Assembly (NCBI RefSeq): GCF_035084215.1
Contig: NW_027139581.1
Location: 1,116,001-1,180,000, forward strand
Source: Heptranchias perlo
Lineage: Eukaryota
Direction of reading: 5' to 3'
DNA length: 64,000 nucleotides
The translations under genes and the position numbers were made by a program. Numbering within the stretch: the first letter of the stretch is position 1; each line of letters begins with the position of its first letter. Under the pieces are notes generated by a model that did not search any database, was not told the origin of the DNA, and saw only the letters and a list, made by a program, of their open reading frames with translations. Shown in pieces: positions 60,690-64,000 of the stretch.

Positions 60690-63625
60690 AGTACAAACAA
60701 ATGTTAAGATGTCTAAAAATGCGAGAAAGACCAATTTAAAGGCACTGTATCTGATTGCACGTTGCATTCGTAATAAGGTAGATGAATTAACACTACAAAT
60801 AGATGCAAACGGATATGATATAATTGCAATTACAGAGACATGGTTGCAGGGTGACCAAGGCTGGGAGCTGAATATCCAAGCATATTCAATATTTAGGAAG
60901 GACAGGCAAAAATGAAAAGGAGGTGGGGTGGCGTTGTCAGTAAAGGATGAAATCAGAGCAATAGTGAGAAAGGATATTGGCTCAGAAAATCAAGATGTAG
61001 AATTAGTCTGGGTAGAGTTAAGAAGCATCAAGGGGCAAAAAACACTGGTGGGAGTTGTCTATCGGCCTCCAACAGTAATGGTGATGTAGGGGATGGCATC
61101 AAACAGGAAATTAGAGGTGCATGTAACAAGGGTACGAGAGTAATCATGGGTGACTTTATTCTAAATATAGACTGGCCAAACCAAATTAGCAATAATACTG
61201 TGGAGGATGAATTCCTGGAGTGTGTACGAGATGGTTTCTTAGACCAGTACGTTGAGGAACCAACCAGGAAACAGGTTATCCGAGATTGGGTATTGCGCAA
61301 TGAGAAGGGATTAATTAATAATCTTGTTGTGCAGGGTTCTTTAGGGAAGAGTGTTCACAACATGATAGAATTCTTCATTTAGATGCAAAGTGAAGTAGTC
61401 CAATCAGAAACTAGGGTCCTAAATCTAAACAAAGGAAACCACGATTTTATGAGGAGTGAGTTGGCTGTGATAAATTGGGAAGTTTCATTAAAAGGCATGA
61501 CGGTGGATAGACAATGGCTAACGTTTAAGGAACGAATACATGAATTGCAACAATTATACAATCCTTCCTGGCGAAAAAACACATAACGAAAAGCGGCACA
61601 ACCATGGCTAACAAAAGAAATTAAGAATAATATCATTAAAATTAGTATCCATATAAAGTTGCAAGAAAAAGTAGCAAGACTCAGGATTGGGAGCAGTTTA
61701 GAATTCAGCAAAAAATGATTAAGAGATTGATTAAGAGGGGAGCAATAGAGTATGAGAGTAAACTTGCAAGGAACATCAAAGTGGACTGTAAAAGCTTCTG
61801 CAAGTATGTAAAAAGAAAAAGATTAGTGAAGACAAATATAGGTCCCTTACAGTCAGAAGCGGGATTATTTATAATGGGGAACAAGGAAACGGCAGAGCAA
61901 TTAAACAAATACTTTGGTTCTGTCTTCACGGAAGAGGACACAAATAACTACCCAGAAATGCTAGGGAACTAAGGGACTAGTGAGAAGAAGGAATTGAAGG
62001 AAATTAGAATTGGTAAGAAAATAGTGCTGGAGAAATTACTGGGACTGAAAGCCGATAAATCCCCAGGGCCTGATAATCTGCAACCCAGAGTACGAAAAGA
62101 GGTGGCCATGGAAATAGTGGATGCATTAGTTGTCATCTTCTAAAATCTTAGAGATTATTATCAGTTCCTGCTGATTGGAGGGTTGCAAATATAACCCCAC
62201 TATTTAAAACAGGATGGATAGAGAATATAGGGAACGACAGACCGGTAAGCCTAACATCAGTAGTAGGGAAAATGCTAGAGTCTATTATAAAGGTTGTGAT
62301 AACAGGACACTTAGAAAATGTCAACGGGATTAGGCAAAGTCAACATGGATTTATGAAAAGGAAATCGTGTTTTGCAAACCTACTGGAGTATTTTTGAGGA
62401 TGTAACTCGTAGAATAGTTAAGGGAGAACCAGTGGATGTGGTACATTTGGATTTTCAGAAGGCCTTTGATAAAATCCCACATAAGCGAAGAGTGTGCAAA
62501 ATTGAAGAACATGGGATTGGTGGTAATATACTGGCATGGATTGAAAATTGGTTGAGAGGAAACACAGAGTAACAATAAATGGGTCTATTTCGGGGTGTAG
62601 GCAGTGACTAGTGAGGTACAACAGGGACCAGTGCTTGGGCCCCAGCTATTCACAATATATATCAATGATTTGGATGAGGGAACCAAATGTAATATTTCCA
62701 AGTTTGCTGACGACACAAAACTGGGTGAGATCGTGAGTTGTGAGGTGGATGCAAAGAGGCTTCCAGGCGATTTAGACAAGTTGAGTGAGTGGGCAAATGC
62801 AGTATAATGTGGATAAACGTGAAGTTATCCACTTCGGAAGGAAAAACAGAAAGGCAGAGAATTATTTAAATGGTGATAGATTGGGAAATGTTGGTGTACA
62901 AAGGGACCTGTTTTTTTTGGTACACCATTCACTGAAAGCTAACATGCAGGTGCAGCAAGCAGTTCGGAAGACAAATGGTATGTTGGCCTTCATTGCAAGA
63001 GGTTTTGAGTACAGGAGCAAGGATGTCTTACTGCAGTTATACAGGGCCTTGGTGAGACCACACTTGGAGTATTGTGTGCAGTTTTGGTCTCCTCACCTAA
63101 GAAAGGGTATACTTGCCATAGAGGGAGTGCAGCGAAGGTTATCCAGACTGATTCCTGGTATGGCAGGACTGTCGTGTGAGGAAAGATTGGGTCGACTCGG
63201 CCTGCATTCACTCGAGTTTAGATGAATGAGAGGGGATCTAGTTGAAACGTAGAAAATTCTGACAGGGCTAGATAGTCTGAATGCAAGGAGGATGTTTCCC
63301 CTTGCTGGGGTGTCCAGAACGAGCGGTCAGAGCCTCAGGATACGAGATAGGACATTTCGGACTGAGATGAGGCGAACTTTCTTCACTCAAAGCGTGGTGA
63401 ACCTGTGGAATTCTCGACCTAATAAGGCTGTGGAGGCCAAATCCCTGAATATATTTAAGAAGGAGCTAGATTGATTTTCAGACATAAAAGGCATCAACTG
63501 GTATGGAGAAAGAGCGGGAAAATTGTATTGAGTTAGATAATCAGCCATGATCATATTGAATAGTGCGGCAGGCTCGAAGGGCCGAATGGCCGATACCTAC
63601 TCCTATTTTCTATGTTTCTATGTTT
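60690..63625 (+). mobile_element. CR1 LINE near-full ORF2 (APE endonuclease and RT), degenerate
   Basis: LYLIARCIRNKVDEL..IAITETWL, MGDF, DFQKAFDKIPH, KFADDTKL and [13 protein letters not shown] motifs; (TTTCTATG)n tail. Confidence 0.92.
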
Positions 63626-64000
63626 TTATGCCTCTGTTATACTACACTAGACCATGTCACTGTATATAATACACTAGGTCCCCTCTCATTTATCACTACA
63701 CTCGACCATGTCTCTGTTTATATTATACTAGGCCCTCGCAAGTTACTTCTACACTAGAACATGTTTTTGATATACTACACTGGACCATGTCACGATATAT
63801 ATTACACTAGGTCCCCTCTCATTTATCACTGCACTGGACCAAGTCTCTGTTTATATTACACTAAGCCCTGTCTCAGTTACTTCTGCACTCGGCCAAGTAT
63901 ATGTTTATATTACACTCGGCCCTCGCTCAGTTATTTCTGCACTAGAACATGCCTCTGTTATACTGCACTAGACCATGTCACTGTATATATTACACTAGGT

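Larger units (their letters stand above)
57340..64000. repeat. 27-bp-based satellite (CTAGACCATGTCTCTGTTTATATTACA-like) in blocks 57340-57453, 58435-59060, 60050-60650 and 63630-64000, split by LINEs
   Basis: Recurring units. The 58435-59060 block shows a 54-bp dimer and a 108-bp higher-order period (VSVYITLHPASILTALDQ/VSVHITLHPASVIPALDP). Confidence 0.85.

Overview
Eukaryotic, repeat-rich DNA, almost certainly from a shark or other cartilaginous fish. The main feature is one complete, unrearranged immunoglobulin heavy-chain minicluster on the minus strand (about 21.3-42.3 kb): leader, V, D1, D2, J, CH1, CH2, CH3, CH4 with secretory tail, TM1 and TM2. Reading frames are open, splice phases agree and all RSSs are 12/23-compatible. 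The four constant domains, tailpiece and TM are clearly IgM (C-mu). The leader and V exon look like the IgW-type V family, which suggests a germline V-omega/C-mu hybrid locus; this assignment is from memory and needs a phylogeny. About 13 kb upstream is a dense cluster of lymphoid transcription-factor motifs (perfect AICE, ETS, RUNX, octamer-like), a candidate enhancer. The window also holds a two-coding-exon GPR139-like GPCR, a tRNA-Leu(UAA) with decayed tRNA-Asp remnants, and a dead Harbinger transposon (Myb/SANT gene plus HARBI1-like nuclease) containing four separate minisatellites and a short inverted duplication. The rest is other tandem repeats and many CR1/L2 LINE, SINE and MITE fragments. 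Boundaries of repeats and mobile elements are approximate.
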